DNA of 64,000 nt from positions 32,001 to 96,000 of the forward strand of contig CAWDDT010000010.1 in NCBI GenBank assembly GCA_963801165.1, given 5' to 3'. Shown here in pieces: positions 50,108 through 60,561 of the stretch (positions are counted from its first letter, which is position 1; the number at the start of each line of letters is the position of its first letter). The notes below the pieces were generated by a model that saw only the letters and a program-made list of their open reading frames with translations, was not told where the DNA came from and did no database searches. Made by a program: the position numbers and the translations under genes. Source of the stretch: an uncultured bacterium. GTDB taxonomy: Bacteria; Actinomycetota; Acidimicrobiia; Spongiisociales; UBA5794.

Positions 50108-51064
50108 ATGGGTCAGCTCTTTGTGGAAGGATGGGCTCCGGAGTACGGAAGCCCTTATGAGGCCGATGACGCCCTTGCCGATGAGGGAAAGGTGGACGAG
50201 TCGGTCGAAGCCGACGGTCCCTGGGTTCCCATACCCGGGGTAGACGACGGCGTTGCCGAGGTGGCAATCGTCGATGGTGTTCGGCGCATCGACGCCCGGC
50301 TCACCATCGACGAACCGGCCGGTCCTATTCCCGGGATATGCGGAAGCTACGGTGTCGGTGCCGTGATCTGGAATCGGCCCGAGGCAAGGTCGGCGTTCAC
50401 CGAGATCCAGATCGAGCGGCTGGCGGTGTTCGGCAACGGGGCCGGCGCTCCTATCCCCGCCGATGGGCCCGTTATCTACCGATCGGAATCGGTGCCCGAC
50501 TCGGATCCCGGGGCGCTCATCAGACACTTCCACGGTGCGATGCGCAAGGCGGAAGCGCGGTTGTCGGAGCGGTTGGGCCAATCGGGCCTGTTCGTAGTCG
50601 CCGACGGGCCGATCAACGACCTCTCCGCAACAGAGAAGGTCGGCTACATCAAGTCGCACCGGGCCCCGTACCTGTCGGAGCAACGAGCGCCGGTGATCGG
50701 CAGAGTGCGGGCGGGGGAGCGGACGCCGCTGTTCGTTATCGGCAAGGGCGGGCAGTACGAGCGCTACTCGTGGTACCAGCGTCTCGCCGATCTCCCCGGC
50801 GGGCACTCGTGGACCGGGGTGGTCAGGTGTGAGGTGTCGAGCGCACTCCGGCTCGCTCAAGCGATTGCGATCGCCAACCGGACGACGGCGTTGCTGCCGC
50901 TGCTTGCGTCGCAGGCCCACATAGATCCACGGGCTCCGCAGAACCTCGTGCCGATCGCCGCACTCGAGCGCGAATTGAGAAGACGCCTCGGCGACTCCGG
51001 TTTCGTCTACCGTGCTCTGAGGACCGCGGTAGCCGCCGGCAGCAGGGAGGCTCGTGATGGTTGA
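50108..51064 (+). CDS. NurA-like nuclease
   Basis: VDGVRR, VADGP, GYIKSH and PRAPQNL.PI..LE motifs. Directly upstream of the HerA-like gene. Confidence 0.78.
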   Translation: MGQLFVEGWAPEYGSPYEADDALADEGKVDESVEADGPWVPIPGVDDGVAEVAIVDGVRRIDARLTIDEPAGPIPGICGSYGVGAVIWNRPEARSAFTEIQIERLAVFGNGAGAPIPADGPVIYRSESVPDSDPGALIRHFHGAMRKAEARLSERLGQSGLFVVADGPINDLSATEKVGYIKSHRAPYLSEQRAPVIGRVRAGERTPLFVIGKGGQYERYSWYQRLADLPGGHSWTGVVRCEVSSALRLAQAIAIANRTTALLPLLASQAHIDPRAPQNLVPIAALERELRRRLGDSGFVYRALRTAVAAGSREARDG

Positions 51065-52793
51065 CAGCAGCAGCAACGACAACGGGGTCGGGCGAGTCCT
51101 CGGTACCGAGCACACTTCCACCCGCGAGTTCCGTGTTGTCCTCGACGAGACCGAATACCTGCAACTCGACGATCTCGTGGTTGTCCGGACCCAGGTCCCC
51201 AAACAGGGGGAGGTCCGCACCTACGGTGTCGTCACCGAGGTCGCGGCCGTTTACGAGGGCGCCACGTTCGAGAGTGACACGCACCGGATCGCAGTCGACG
51301 GCACGATGCCAGGGGCCAAGGTGAGATCGGCGGAGGTAGCCATCACCCGGGTGGACCCTGAGCTGTGGGTATCCCCCGACCCCGGCGAGAAGGTCGAGCG
51401 GGCCCGGGGGCTGGAGCGGGACAAGGCTCTCTACGTTGATGAGATGGGGCGACCGCTCCCCATCGGCTTGGGACGAGACGGTGAGCCGGTGTTCGTCGAT
51501 CTCGATTTCTTCGACGGTCGCAAGGGCGGCCACATGTCGATCTCGGGGATAAGCGGTGTCGCCACCAAGACCTCGTTTGCCCTGTTCTTTCTGCGCCTCC
51601 TGGCGGCCCGACCCGATGTTCTCGGCGAGGGTGCCGCCAACCTGCGAATCCTCGTCTTCAACGTCAAGGGCGAGGACTTGCTCTGGCTCGACAAGAAGAA
51701 CCGGTACTTCGACCCCGGCGACGCCGACACCTGGCATAGCCTCGGCGTCGAGCCCGGCCCGTTCCCCTCCGTGTCGTTCTGGGCGCCACCGCGGGTGCAG
51801 ACCGGTGACGTAGTCATCCCCGATACCGGCGGACGTCAGGAAGGCGTGGACGCTTTCGGGTGGACGCCACGCGAGTTCATCGACGACGGGTTGTTGCGCT
51901 TCTTGTTCACCGACGCCAGCGACAGTCGCAACCAGATCCCGTTCATAGAGGAGCGCGTGCGGGCGCAGTTGCAGAGGTACGCCGTCGATGTCGCCGGCCG
52001 GCCGGGCGCCGTCGTGCTGCGCGACCCGGTCGAAGGGCACGCCCCCGGAGCCAGCGTCGTGCCCAACCGGGGCGAGCGGATCATCACGGAACTGCGCACG
52101 CTGGTCGACGCGGTCGAGGAGTTCGTCGACCCCGAAGACGGGGAGCCCGATCAGCGTTGGACCGGGCGGGTCCAGGCAGGCACCGTTTCGGCGTTTGTCC
52201 GCCGGCTGCACTCGGCGGCCCATCGTCTCGGGCACCTGGTCAGGGCCGGTGACAGCCGGCAGATCGACCGCAGAGCGGCTCAGGTCACCGTGGTGGCCAT
52301 CCAGACGCTCCACGACCTCGGTCAGCGGTTCGTGGTGGGTGCACTGCTGGCGGAGACGTTTGCCGAGAAGGAGCAAACCGGGCAGCGCCTTCCGCTCTCG
52401 GTGATCGTGCTCGATGAGTTGAACAAATACGCCCCCAGGGAGGGCAGCAGCCCGCTCAAGGAGATGTTGATCGATATTGCCCAGCGGGGGCGGTCGCTGG
52501 GTGTGCTCCTGGTCGGGGCGCAGCAGACCGCGTCGCGGGTGGCTTCGGAGGTGATGGAGAACGCGGCGCTCAGGGTGGCGGGGCGTCTCGACGCCGCCGA
52601 GGCGGAGCGCTCCGAGTACGGCTGGATGCTGCCGTCGACCCGGGCACGGGCACGTCTTCTCAAACCGGGGACGATGGTGGTCAGTCAACCGGCGCTTCCG
52701 GTTCCTCTCGTCGTCGAGTTCCCGTTCCCGCCTTGGGCGACGCGTAAGGAGGAGGTCGACACGGCCGATAGCGACCCGTTTGCCGGGCTGTGA
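51057..52793 (+). CDS. HerA-like ATPase (HAS barrel + FtsK/HerA P-loop)
   Basis: N-terminal HAS-barrel-like region, GISGVATKT, FNVKGED, LDELNKY and RGRSLG..GAQQ motifs. Confidence 0.85.
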   Translation: MVDSSSNDNGVGRVLGTEHTSTREFRVVLDETEYLQLDDLVVVRTQVPKQGEVRTYGVVTEVAAVYEGATFESDTHRIAVDGTMPGAKVRSAEVAITRVDPELWVSPDPGEKVERARGLERDKALYVDEMGRPLPIGLGRDGEPVFVDLDFFDGRKGGHMSISGISGVATKTSFALFFLRLLAARPDVLGEGAANLRILVFNVKGEDLLWLDKKNRYFDPGDADTWHSLGVEPGPFPSVSFWAPPRVQTGDVVIPDTGGRQEGVDAFGWTPREFIDDGLLRFLFTDASDSRNQIPFIEERVRAQLQRYAVDVAGRPGAVVLRDPVEGHAPGASVVPNRGERIITELRTLVDAVEEFVDPEDGEPDQRWTGRVQAGTVSAFVRRLHSAAHRLGHLVRAGDSRQIDRRAAQVTVVAIQTLHDLGQRFVVGALLAETFAEKEQTGQRLPLSVIVLDELNKYAPREGSSPLKEMLIDIAQRGRSLGVLLVGAQQTASRVASEVMENAALRVAGRLDAAEAERSEYGWMLPSTRARARLLKPGTMVVSQPALPVPLVVEFPFPPWATRKEEVDTADSDPFAGL

Positions 52794-53959
52794 AGGTTCT
52801 GCACACCTCGGACTGGCACGTCGGGAAGAGGCTCGGCCGCTATGACCGGAGCGACGAGTATCGCTCCGTCATCAATGAGGTTGTCACCATCGCCGACGAC
52901 GAGGCGGTTGATCTGGTTCTCCATTCCGGGGACCTCTTCGACCGCCCGGTGCCGCCGATCGAGGCATTGGAGATTGGTCTCACCGGCCTCGTGCAACTCA
53001 CCTCCGGCGGGCGCCGACCCGTGGTCGTCATTGCGGGCAACCATGACTCGTCGGGATTGTTCGAGGCCCTGGCGCCATTCCTGCGTGGGCAGAACATCCA
53101 TCTGGTCGGCAAGATCAAGAGGCCCGAGGGCGGTGGTGTCCTCGACATCGACACCCCGGGTGGTCGTGCGGTCGTCAGTTGCTTCCCGTTCCTGCGCGAG
53201 GGCCGCGCTTTCCACGTCTGGGACGAAGTGTCCGAGCACTACAAGAAGTACGCGGACCGGTTGCGCGCCATCTCCGAGGCATACTCCGCTCATGCGGGCA
53301 AGCTGGCAGGCTCCGACGCTGTGCAGTTCCTTGTGGCCCACTTCCTCGTCGGGGACGTCAGGGTGCACGGTCACGGCGCGCCCCGCGGGGAGCGCTTGTT
53401 GCACATGGGCGAGGCGTACACCGCCACCAGCGAAGCGATCCCTCCCGGTCCCCAGTACGTGGCGATGGGTCACATTCATGCTCCGCAACCGGTTCCCGGC
53501 GCAAAGGTCCCCGCCGAGTATGCCGGCTCGTTGTTGGAGCTCGACTTCGGCGAGGCGGGGGAGAAGAAGCGGGTCGTCATCGTGGAGGCAGAACCAGGGC
53601 GACCTGCGACGGTGCGGTCGGTGCCGCTGTCCGCGGGGAGACGGCTGCTCCGGCTCAACGGGGAGTGGTCAGACCTGATCGGCCGCGACGACGTGTACGA
53701 CAGCTATCTCGATGTCACGGTAGAGACGGCGGGTCCCGATCCCGGGCTGGTTGATCGGGTGCGTGAGGAGTTCGACTACGTGGTCCATGTGCGCGCCGAG
53801 TATCCACGGGCGGAATCCGATGCAGGTCTGCGGGCGGGGAAATCGCTTGTCGAGCTGTACGGTGAGTACTACCTGGAGACCGAAGGCGTTGCGGCCCCCG
53901 ACGAGCTCATCGCCGGGTTCCGCGAGGTCATGGAGGAGGCAGGCTATGCGTCCTCTTGA
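52790..53959 (+). CDS. sbcD: SbcD/Mre11 nuclease
   Basis: HTSDWH, GDLFD, GNHD, GHIH and YAGS motifs. Confidence 0.93.
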   Translation: MKVLHTSDWHVGKRLGRYDRSDEYRSVINEVVTIADDEAVDLVLHSGDLFDRPVPPIEALEIGLTGLVQLTSGGRRPVVVIAGNHDSSGLFEALAPFLRGQNIHLVGKIKRPEGGGVLDIDTPGGRAVVSCFPFLREGRAFHVWDEVSEHYKKYADRLRAISEAYSAHAGKLAGSDAVQFLVAHFLVGDVRVHGHGAPRGERLLHMGEAYTATSEAIPPGPQYVAMGHIHAPQPVPGAKVPAEYAGSLLELDFGEAGEKKRVVIVEAEPGRPATVRSVPLSAGRRLLRLNGEWSDLIGRDDVYDSYLDVTVETAGPDPGLVDRVREEFDYVVHVRAEYPRAESDAGLRAGKSLVELYGEYYLETEGVAAPDELIAGFREVMEEAGYASS

Positions 53960-56447
53960 GCTGCGGGTACGCAACTTCCGGTCGTATTCCGGGGAGCACG
54001 TCTTCGATTTCGCCGACAGGCATCTCGTTGCGATCGTGGGCCCGATCGGGAGCGGCAAGTCGTCGATTCTCGATGCGATCGTCTTCGCTCTCTACGGGCG
54101 GACCCCGCGACTCGGCACCAATACGAAGGCCTTGATCAACCAGCGCGCCGCCGATGCGGCTGTCTCGCTGCGGTTCGAGGTAGAGGGCGAGCTGTGGGAG
54201 GTAACCCGCTCGATACGGATCAAGGGTGCCAGCCGTCATGCGATGTACCGCTACGAGGATCCGGACGGCGAACCGGTCGAGAAGCTGACGATGGAATCCG
54301 AAGTGAGCGAGAAGGTCGTCGAGCTGCTCGGCCTCGAATACAGCGCGTTCGAACGGTCCGTCCTTCTTGCTCAAGGACGCTTCGCCGAATTTCTTCAGGC
54401 ACCGCCACGGGATCGGGATCGGGTTCTCAAGGGCGTCTTTGGTCACGATCGTGTTGATCGGATGAAGGCGTTGGCAAAGGAACGCAGCGAGCTTGCCGGG
54501 GCCGAGCTCGACAAGGTGGGTGTGAGGCTGGAGAGGTTCGACGAGATCGCTGAGCGCCTCGAGCGAAATAATGTCGAGCTCGGTGAGGTACGCGAAAGCC
54601 ACCAGCGGCTTGTCGGCATTGCCGCCACCGACGCCGAGTTGGCCGAGCGGAGCGAAAAGGCAGGTAGGACACTGGACGCAGTGGTAAAACGCCGCACGAT
54701 GCTCGAGGAGCAGGTCACCCGGCTCCCCGACATCGGGACGACGGAGCGTGCGATTTCAGAGGCGAGCGCCGCGGGGCGACGCCGTGCGGACTTTGCCAAA
54801 GCCCTCGAAGAGGCCCAGCAACGGCTCCAGGCCGCCGATGGGGCTCTGCAAAGGGCGAACGAGCAGGACGAGCCGGTGGTACTGGAGCGAGCGGCCGGTC
54901 TTCTTGCCGCCGGTGAGCCGCAACTCAAGGCCGTCGTCGAAGCCGACCGGAGGGCCAAGCGGGCCGAAGCGGATCTCGCCGAGGCGGCGAAGAGGGAGGA
55001 GGCCGCGGCCGGGGAGCTTCACGAGGTGGAGCACCGCCGGGACGTCACTCTGGGCAGGGCGGCCGAGGCCGCCAAGATCTTCGAGGAGGCCGGGGCGGCG
55101 CTCGAGCGGGGTCGTCACGCCAACATGGCGGCGACGCTGCGCGCCGGTCTCGAGGTGGAGGAGCCCTGTCCGGTCTGCCACCAGACCGTCGTCGAGATAC
55201 CCGACCTTCCCGAGGACTCCAGGCTCGAGGAGTTGGAGGACGTCTTTGCGTCTGCGCGGCGCACGAAGGGCGATATGGACAAGGCGCACACGGATGCGCT
55301 GACCGCACTCGAGCGGGTCAAGGGCGGTGTTCGGTCGGCACACGATGGGGTGGAGGCCGCCCGAGCCCGGTTAGCCGGTGCCCGCGACGACGCCACCCGG
55401 GCGCGAGGCGATCTGGAGGAGACCAACCTCCGGCTGGAGAAGATTCTCGGTTCGGGCGATGCGAGTGAGCACCTGGAGAGGAGAAAGCGTGCTTACAACG
55501 ATCTGGTAGCTGCGCGAGACGCCGCCCAGCGCCGGGCCGACCAGATACGCGGCGATCACAACCAGGCGATCCTCGACGAGCAGAACGCAGCGAGGTCGCT
55601 CCAGGATCTGAGCATGCTGCTCAGCGACCTGGCGGCCCGGCTCGAGGTCGACGTCGAGATCGGAGACAGCCCACAATCGCTTGCGGACGCGCTGGTCGCC
55701 TTGCGCACAACGTGGTCCGAGCTGACCACCAGCCTGCGCACCGAGCAGACCGATGCGGAATCCGAGCTGACCGGGATCGCCCGGGAGCGGGCCGAGTTGT
55801 ACGCCGCTGCCGGCGTCACCGGCGACATCCCCTCGGCCGTTGCGGTCGCCGCCGATCGGATCGAACGCCTGGAGAGCGCGATCAGCGCAGACGAGACCGA
55901 GCTCGGCAAGGCGGCTGACCTTGTTGCCGCCCGGGCCACGCTGCAGAGCACGGCCGAAGTCTTCTCGAGGATCAACCGCGACTTGACCGACTCGCGTTTT
56001 GTCCGCTTTCTACTCGACGACGAGCGAGCCCGCCTCGCCGAGCTGGGCAGCGAGCACTTCCAGCGCCTGTCGGCAGGCAGGTATCGGTTCGCCGACGACC
56101 AGTTTGCCATTCTCGACCTCACCGCGGCCGACGCAACCCGGCGCGCCGACAGTCTCTCGGGTGGCGAGACGTTCCTGGCCTCTCTTGGGCTGGCGCTCGC
56201 CCTCGCCGAGATGGTCGCCGGGACGGGTGGGCGGCTTGACGCCTTCTTCCTCGACGAGGGGTTCGGCACCCTCGATCCGGAGCATCTCGACCTGGCGATG
56301 GAGGGGGTCGAGACCCTGGTCGCCGAGCGTTCCGACCGGCTGGTGGTCCTCGTCAGCCACGTCCCCGAGTTGCGGGAGCGCATCGAGGATCTGATCGTTT
56401 TGGAGCGCAACCCCGTCACTGGAGATACCAGGGTCCTGAGCGGCTAA
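53946..56447 (+). CDS. sbcC: SbcC/Rad50 SMC-like ATPase
   Basis: GPIGSGKSS, AQG.F, zinc hook CPVC, LSGGE and LDEGFGTLD motifs. Confidence 0.93.
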   Translation: MRPLELRVRNFRSYSGEHVFDFADRHLVAIVGPIGSGKSSILDAIVFALYGRTPRLGTNTKALINQRAADAAVSLRFEVEGELWEVTRSIRIKGASRHAMYRYEDPDGEPVEKLTMESEVSEKVVELLGLEYSAFERSVLLAQGRFAEFLQAPPRDRDRVLKGVFGHDRVDRMKALAKERSELAGAELDKVGVRLERFDEIAERLERNNVELGEVRESHQRLVGIAATDAELAERSEKAGRTLDAVVKRRTMLEEQVTRLPDIGTTERAISEASAAGRRRADFAKALEEAQQRLQAADGALQRANEQDEPVVLERAAGLLAAGEPQLKAVVEADRRAKRAEADLAEAAKREEAAAGELHEVEHRRDVTLGRAAEAAKIFEEAGAALERGRHANMAATLRAGLEVEEPCPVCHQTVVEIPDLPEDSRLEELEDVFASARRTKGDMDKAHTDALTALERVKGGVRSAHDGVEAARARLAGARDDATRARGDLEETNLRLEKILGSGDASEHLERRKRAYNDLVAARDAAQRRADQIRGDHNQAILDEQNAARSLQDLSMLLSDLAARLEVDVEIGDSPQSLADALVALRTTWSELTTSLRTEQTDAESELTGIARERAELYAAAGVTGDIPSAVAVAADRIERLESAISADETELGKAADLVAARATLQSTAEVFSRINRDLTDSRFVRFLLDDERARLAELGSEHFQRLSAGRYRFADDQFAILDLTAADATRRADSLSGGETFLASLGLALALAEMVAGTGGRLDAFFLDEGFGTLDPEHLDLAMEGVETLVAERSDRLVVLVSHVPELRERIEDLIVLERNPVTGDTRVLSG

Positions 56448-56477
56448 TCGCTCCGCGGTGCCGGTGAGCGATCTACT

Positions 56478-57923
56478 ATGCAAATGATGCAGAAGCCCGA
56501 GTTCCCCATCATTATCCAAGGCGGCATGGGAGTCGCCGTCTCCAATTGGCGTCTCGCCAATGCGGTGTCCCGTCTCGGACAGATGGGGGTGGTTTCCGGG
56601 ACCGCACTCGACGTTGTTCTGGTGCGCCGCTTGCAGACCGGTGATATCGGCGGGCACCTACGCCGGGCTGCGGCGCAATTCCCGGTGCCTGATGTGGTCA
56701 AACGCGTGTTCGACAGGTACTTCATCGAGGGTGGCAAGCAACTCAAGGAGCGCTTCAAGAGCAACCCGATGGGTCGGTTGAGGCCTTCCCGTAACGTGCT
56801 CGACCTCCAGGTCCTTTCCAACTTCATCGAGGTGTTTCTGGCCAAGGAGGGCCACGACGGGATGGTAGGCGTCAACCTGCTCACCAAGATCCAGGGCCCG
56901 ACCATCCCCTCGCTCTACGGGGCGATGCTGGCCGGGGTCGACGCGGTGCTGATGGGTGCCGGGATCCCCAGGGAGATCCCGGGTGTGCTCGATAGGTTGG
57001 CCGACGGAGAGCCGGCGGAAATCAAGCTCGATGTCAAGGATGCGGACAAGGAAAAGCCTTTCCGGCTGCGCTTCGACCCTGCAGAGTATTGGAACGCCAT
57101 TGCCCCCAAGCTGAAGCGCCCCAAGTTCTTCCCCATCATCTCATCGGCTGTTCTCGCCAAGATGCTCGCAAAGAACGCGACCGGGGAGGTCGAAGGGTTC
57201 ATCGTCGAGGGTCCCACCGCGGGCGGTCACAACGCACCACCACGCGGCAAGCTCGAGTTGTCAGACGAGGGCGAGCCCGTATACGGCGAGCGGGACGTTG
57301 CCGACCTCGAGGCGATCGCCAAGGTCGGTCTTCCGTTCTGGCTGGCCGGTGGCTACGCCGAGCCAGAGCGTGTCGCGGAAGCGCTTGCCGCCGGAGCGAC
57401 CGGCGTGCAGGTGGGAACGGCGTTTGCCTATTCCGAGGAATCGGGGTTCTCCGAAGAGATCAAGAGATCGGTGATCGCCAAGAGCCGGCAGGGTACGGTG
57501 GGTGTCTTCACCGACCCGCTCGCCTCGCCGACCGGCTTCCCATTCAAGGTCGTTCCCCTGGTCGACACGATGTCCGAGGAGACCATCTATGCCAAGAGGG
57601 AGCGGGTCTGCGACCTCGGGTATCTCCGAACCCCGTACAAGATCGACGACGAGACCGTGGGTTGGAGATGCCCCGCCGAGCCGATACGTGATTTCGTGCG
57701 CAAGGGCGGCGACGAAGCCGACACGGTCGGTAGGAAATGCGTCTGCAACGCACTGCTCGCAAGCATCGAGTTCGGCCAGACCCAGGTGAGTGGTGAGCCG
57801 GAGTTGCCGCTGGTAACTTCCGGTGACGATGTCGCAGAAGTTGCACGATTTCTCAAGCCGGGCGCCGACACTTACACGGCTGCCGACGTGATCGACTACC
57901 TGCTACGGGACGTCACCGTCTGA
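56478..57923 (+). CDS. nitronate monooxygenase / FabK-like FMN enzyme family
   Basis: IIQGGMG, AGGH, GVQVGT motifs and a Cys-containing C-terminus (CDLG, CP, CVCN). Confidence 0.85.
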   Translation: MQMMQKPEFPIIIQGGMGVAVSNWRLANAVSRLGQMGVVSGTALDVVLVRRLQTGDIGGHLRRAAAQFPVPDVVKRVFDRYFIEGGKQLKERFKSNPMGRLRPSRNVLDLQVLSNFIEVFLAKEGHDGMVGVNLLTKIQGPTIPSLYGAMLAGVDAVLMGAGIPREIPGVLDRLADGEPAEIKLDVKDADKEKPFRLRFDPAEYWNAIAPKLKRPKFFPIISSAVLAKMLAKNATGEVEGFIVEGPTAGGHNAPPRGKLELSDEGEPVYGERDVADLEAIAKVGLPFWLAGGYAEPERVAEALAAGATGVQVGTAFAYSEESGFSEEIKRSVIAKSRQGTVGVFTDPLASPTGFPFKVVPLVDTMSEETIYAKRERVCDLGYLRTPYKIDDETVGWRCPAEPIRDFVRKGGDEADTVGRKCVCNALLASIEFGQTQVSGEPELPLVTSGDDVAEVARFLKPGADTYTAADVIDYLLRDVTV

Positions 57924-57926
57924 GGG

Positions 57927-59063
57927 ATGGGACCACTAGCAGGCGTCCGTGTCATCGAACTTGCGGGTATCGGCCCCGCCCCGTTTGCGGCCATGCTGCT
58001 CGGCGATTTGGGCGCCGATGTCGTCCGGGTCGACAGGCCCGGTCCCGCCGCATTCACCGGCCTGGAGAGCGTCACCGGGCGGAACCGACGCTCGATCGCT
58101 TTGGATTTGAAGAACCCCCAGGCGATTGAGGTCGCTCTGGACCTGGTGGCAACTGCCGACGTTCTCCTCGAGGGCATGCGCCCCGGGGTCACCGAGCGGC
58201 TCGGGCTCGGGCCCGAGCGGTGTATGGAACGCAACCCGGGACTCGTGTACGGAAGAATGACCGGTTGGGGTCAGCAGGGTCCTAACCAGGACCGGGCGGG
58301 TCACGACATCAACTACATCGCGCTCGCCGGTGCCCTGGGAGCGATAACAGGAAGTGACGGCAAGCCCGTGGTTCCCCTCAATCTGGTCGGTGACTTCGGT
58401 GGTGGATCTCTGTTTCTCGTGGTGGGTGTGCTGGCGGCATTGGTCGAGCGCGGCTCTTCGGGGCGTGGTCAGGTGATCGACGCTGCAATGGTCGATGGTG
58501 TCGCTTCGCTCACGACCATGTTCCACGAGTTGCGGGCGCTGGGTCTGTGGGGCGAGAAACCAGGGAACAACCTCCTCGACGGGGGGGCACCCTTCTACGA
58601 CACATACGAGACAGCGGACGGTAGCTGGATGTCGGTCGGAGCCCTGGAGCCGCAGTTCTTTGCGGTCCTGCTCGAACGTCTTGCGATAGAGGGGTTCCCG
58701 GTAGCCGCCCAGTACGACCGGACACGCTGGCCGGAGTTGCGTCACCAGATCGATACGGTGTTTCGAACCCACACCCGCGATGAGTGGGCAACGATCTTCG
58801 GTGACAGCGATGCCTGCGTGTGGCCCGTGCTTGCTCTCGAGGAGGCTCCCGCCCATCCAGCGAACGTAGCGCGCGGTGTGTTCGCCGACGTTGCCGGCGT
58901 TGTCCAGCCGGGGGTGGCACCGCGATTCTCGCGGAGCAGTGATCGCACACTTCGACCGGCGCCCGATCCGGGTGCGGATACCGGGACGTTGCTGTCCGGG
59001 CTGGGATACGCACCGGATCGGATCGCCGACCTGCATGCCACGGGTGCTGTCTTCTCGGCGTGA
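57927..59063 (+). CDS. CaiB/BaiF family III CoA-transferase (alpha-methylacyl-CoA racemase-like)
   Basis: GIGPAPF, RPGV.ERLGLGP, GHDINY and GDFGGG motifs. Confidence 0.92.
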   Translation: MGPLAGVRVIELAGIGPAPFAAMLLGDLGADVVRVDRPGPAAFTGLESVTGRNRRSIALDLKNPQAIEVALDLVATADVLLEGMRPGVTERLGLGPERCMERNPGLVYGRMTGWGQQGPNQDRAGHDINYIALAGALGAITGSDGKPVVPLNLVGDFGGGSLFLVVGVLAALVERGSSGRGQVIDAAMVDGVASLTTMFHELRALGLWGEKPGNNLLDGGAPFYDTYETADGSWMSVGALEPQFFAVLLERLAIEGFPVAAQYDRTRWPELRHQIDTVFRTHTRDEWATIFGDSDACVWPVLALEEAPAHPANVARGVFADVAGVVQPGVAPRFSRSSDRTLRPAPDPGADTGTLLSGLGYAPDRIADLHATGAVFSA

Positions 59064-59120
59064 CCTCCCGACGATCCAGGGGCATGCGCCACCGGTAGCA
59101 TGGAGCGAAAGGAGGCCTCT

Positions 59121-60518
59121 GTGAGACGCATTCTCATCAAGGGCGGCACGGTTGTCACCGCTGCCGAGACCATGCGAGCAGACGTGCTCATCGAGGGGGA
59201 GAAGGTCGTGGCCCTACTCGGCGAGGAGGCGCTCGACGTGACCGGAGCCGAGATCATTGCCGCTTCGGGCAAGCTCGTGTTTCCCGGCTCGGTGGATGCG
59301 CATACGCACATGGAGATACCCTTCGGGGCGGCCACCTCGAAAGACACATTCGAGACGGGAACACGGGCCGCGGTCTGGGGCGGCACTACCACGATCATCG
59401 ACTTCCCCATTCAGATGAAGGGCGACTCACTGATCGGGAGTTTCGAGGAGACGATGGCCAAAGCGGCCGCTGGCTCGGCGATCGACTTCGGTCTGCACCA
59501 GATTGTCGGCGACGTCAACGAAGAGTCGCTGGCGGAGCTCGACGTGGTGTTCAAGGAGGGTGTCACCTCATACAAGCTCTTTACCGCATACCCGGGTGTG
59601 TATTACTCAACGGATGCCGAGGTGGTCCAGGTCATGCAGTGGGCCGCGGGCAACGGCTCCACGATCCTGATGCATGCCGAGAACGGGTCGGTGATCGATC
59701 TACTGCGCGAGCAGGCGGTTGCGCGGGGCGACACGGCTCCGCTATACCACGCGTTGACCCGTCCCGCCGAGCTCGAGGGTGAGGCCGCTCATCGCACGAT
59801 CTTGCTCGCGGAGTTGACCGGTGCTCCGCTGTATATCGTTCACATCAGCGCCAAACAGGTGGTTGCGGAGATCGCTGCCGCCCGGGCGCGGGGGAGCTAC
59901 GTATTCGGCGAGACCTGCCCGCAATACCTGTTCCTCGAGCTGTCGATGCTGGACCAGGGTTTCGAGGGTGCGAAATACGTCTGCTCACCGCCGCTGCGGG
60001 ATCCTGCGGACGGGCACCAGGCCGCATTGTGGCGTGCTCTCGCCAACAACGACCTCCAGGTGGTGGCGACGGACCACTGCCCGTTCGATTTCGAAGGGCA
60101 GAAGACGCTGGGCAGGCATGATTTCACCAAGATCCCGAACGGGTTGCCTGTCGTCGAGCACCGCTTTCCGTTGATGATCCACGCCGCCCTGGCCGAAAAG
60201 CGGTTCACGCTCAACCGCATGGTTGATGTCTCGGCGACGGCGCCGGCCAAGATGTTTGGCCTCTACCCCCGGAAGGGCACGATCGCCGTTGGATCGGACG
60301 CGGACCTGGTCATCGTCGATCCCGATGCAACCGACACCATCTCTGTCGCAACCCACCACATGAACGTTGACTACTCGTGCTTCGAAGGCATGGAGCTGAC
60401 GGGGAGGATAGAGACGGTGGTATCCCGGGGGGATGTCCTCGTCTCCGACGGCGAATATCACGGCCGGCCGGGACGTGGCCGCTACCTGAAGAGAGGTCCC
60501 AATCAGCTCGTGCCGTGA
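59121..60518 (+). CDS. hydA: dihydropyrimidinase / D-hydantoinase
   Basis: DAHTH, GGTTT, MHAENG, ETCPQYL, TDHCPF and IPNG motifs. AGGAGG RBS. Confidence 0.93.
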   Translation: MRRILIKGGTVVTAAETMRADVLIEGEKVVALLGEEALDVTGAEIIAASGKLVFPGSVDAHTHMEIPFGAATSKDTFETGTRAAVWGGTTTIIDFPIQMKGDSLIGSFEETMAKAAAGSAIDFGLHQIVGDVNEESLAELDVVFKEGVTSYKLFTAYPGVYYSTDAEVVQVMQWAAGNGSTILMHAENGSVIDLLREQAVARGDTAPLYHALTRPAELEGEAAHRTILLAELTGAPLYIVHISAKQVVAEIAAARARGSYVFGETCPQYLFLELSMLDQGFEGAKYVCSPPLRDPADGHQAALWRALANNDLQVVATDHCPFDFEGQKTLGRHDFTKIPNGLPVVEHRFPLMIHAALAEKRFTLNRMVDVSATAPAKMFGLYPRKGTIAVGSDADLVIVDPDATDTISVATHHMNVDYSCFEGMELTGRIETVVSRGDVLVSDGEYHGRPGRGRYLKRGPNQLVP

Positions 60519-60561
60519 CCGGGGTTCAAGAAATCCTGCCGGAAATGCCGATAGCGATTTC

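Noticed and set aside
50823-52688. Long antisense ORFs (621 aa here; also 23633-24778, 31536-32672, 50102-51220, 57936-59036)
   Set aside because: They are shadow frames of well-supported genes in GC-rich DNA and carry no recognisable motifs.
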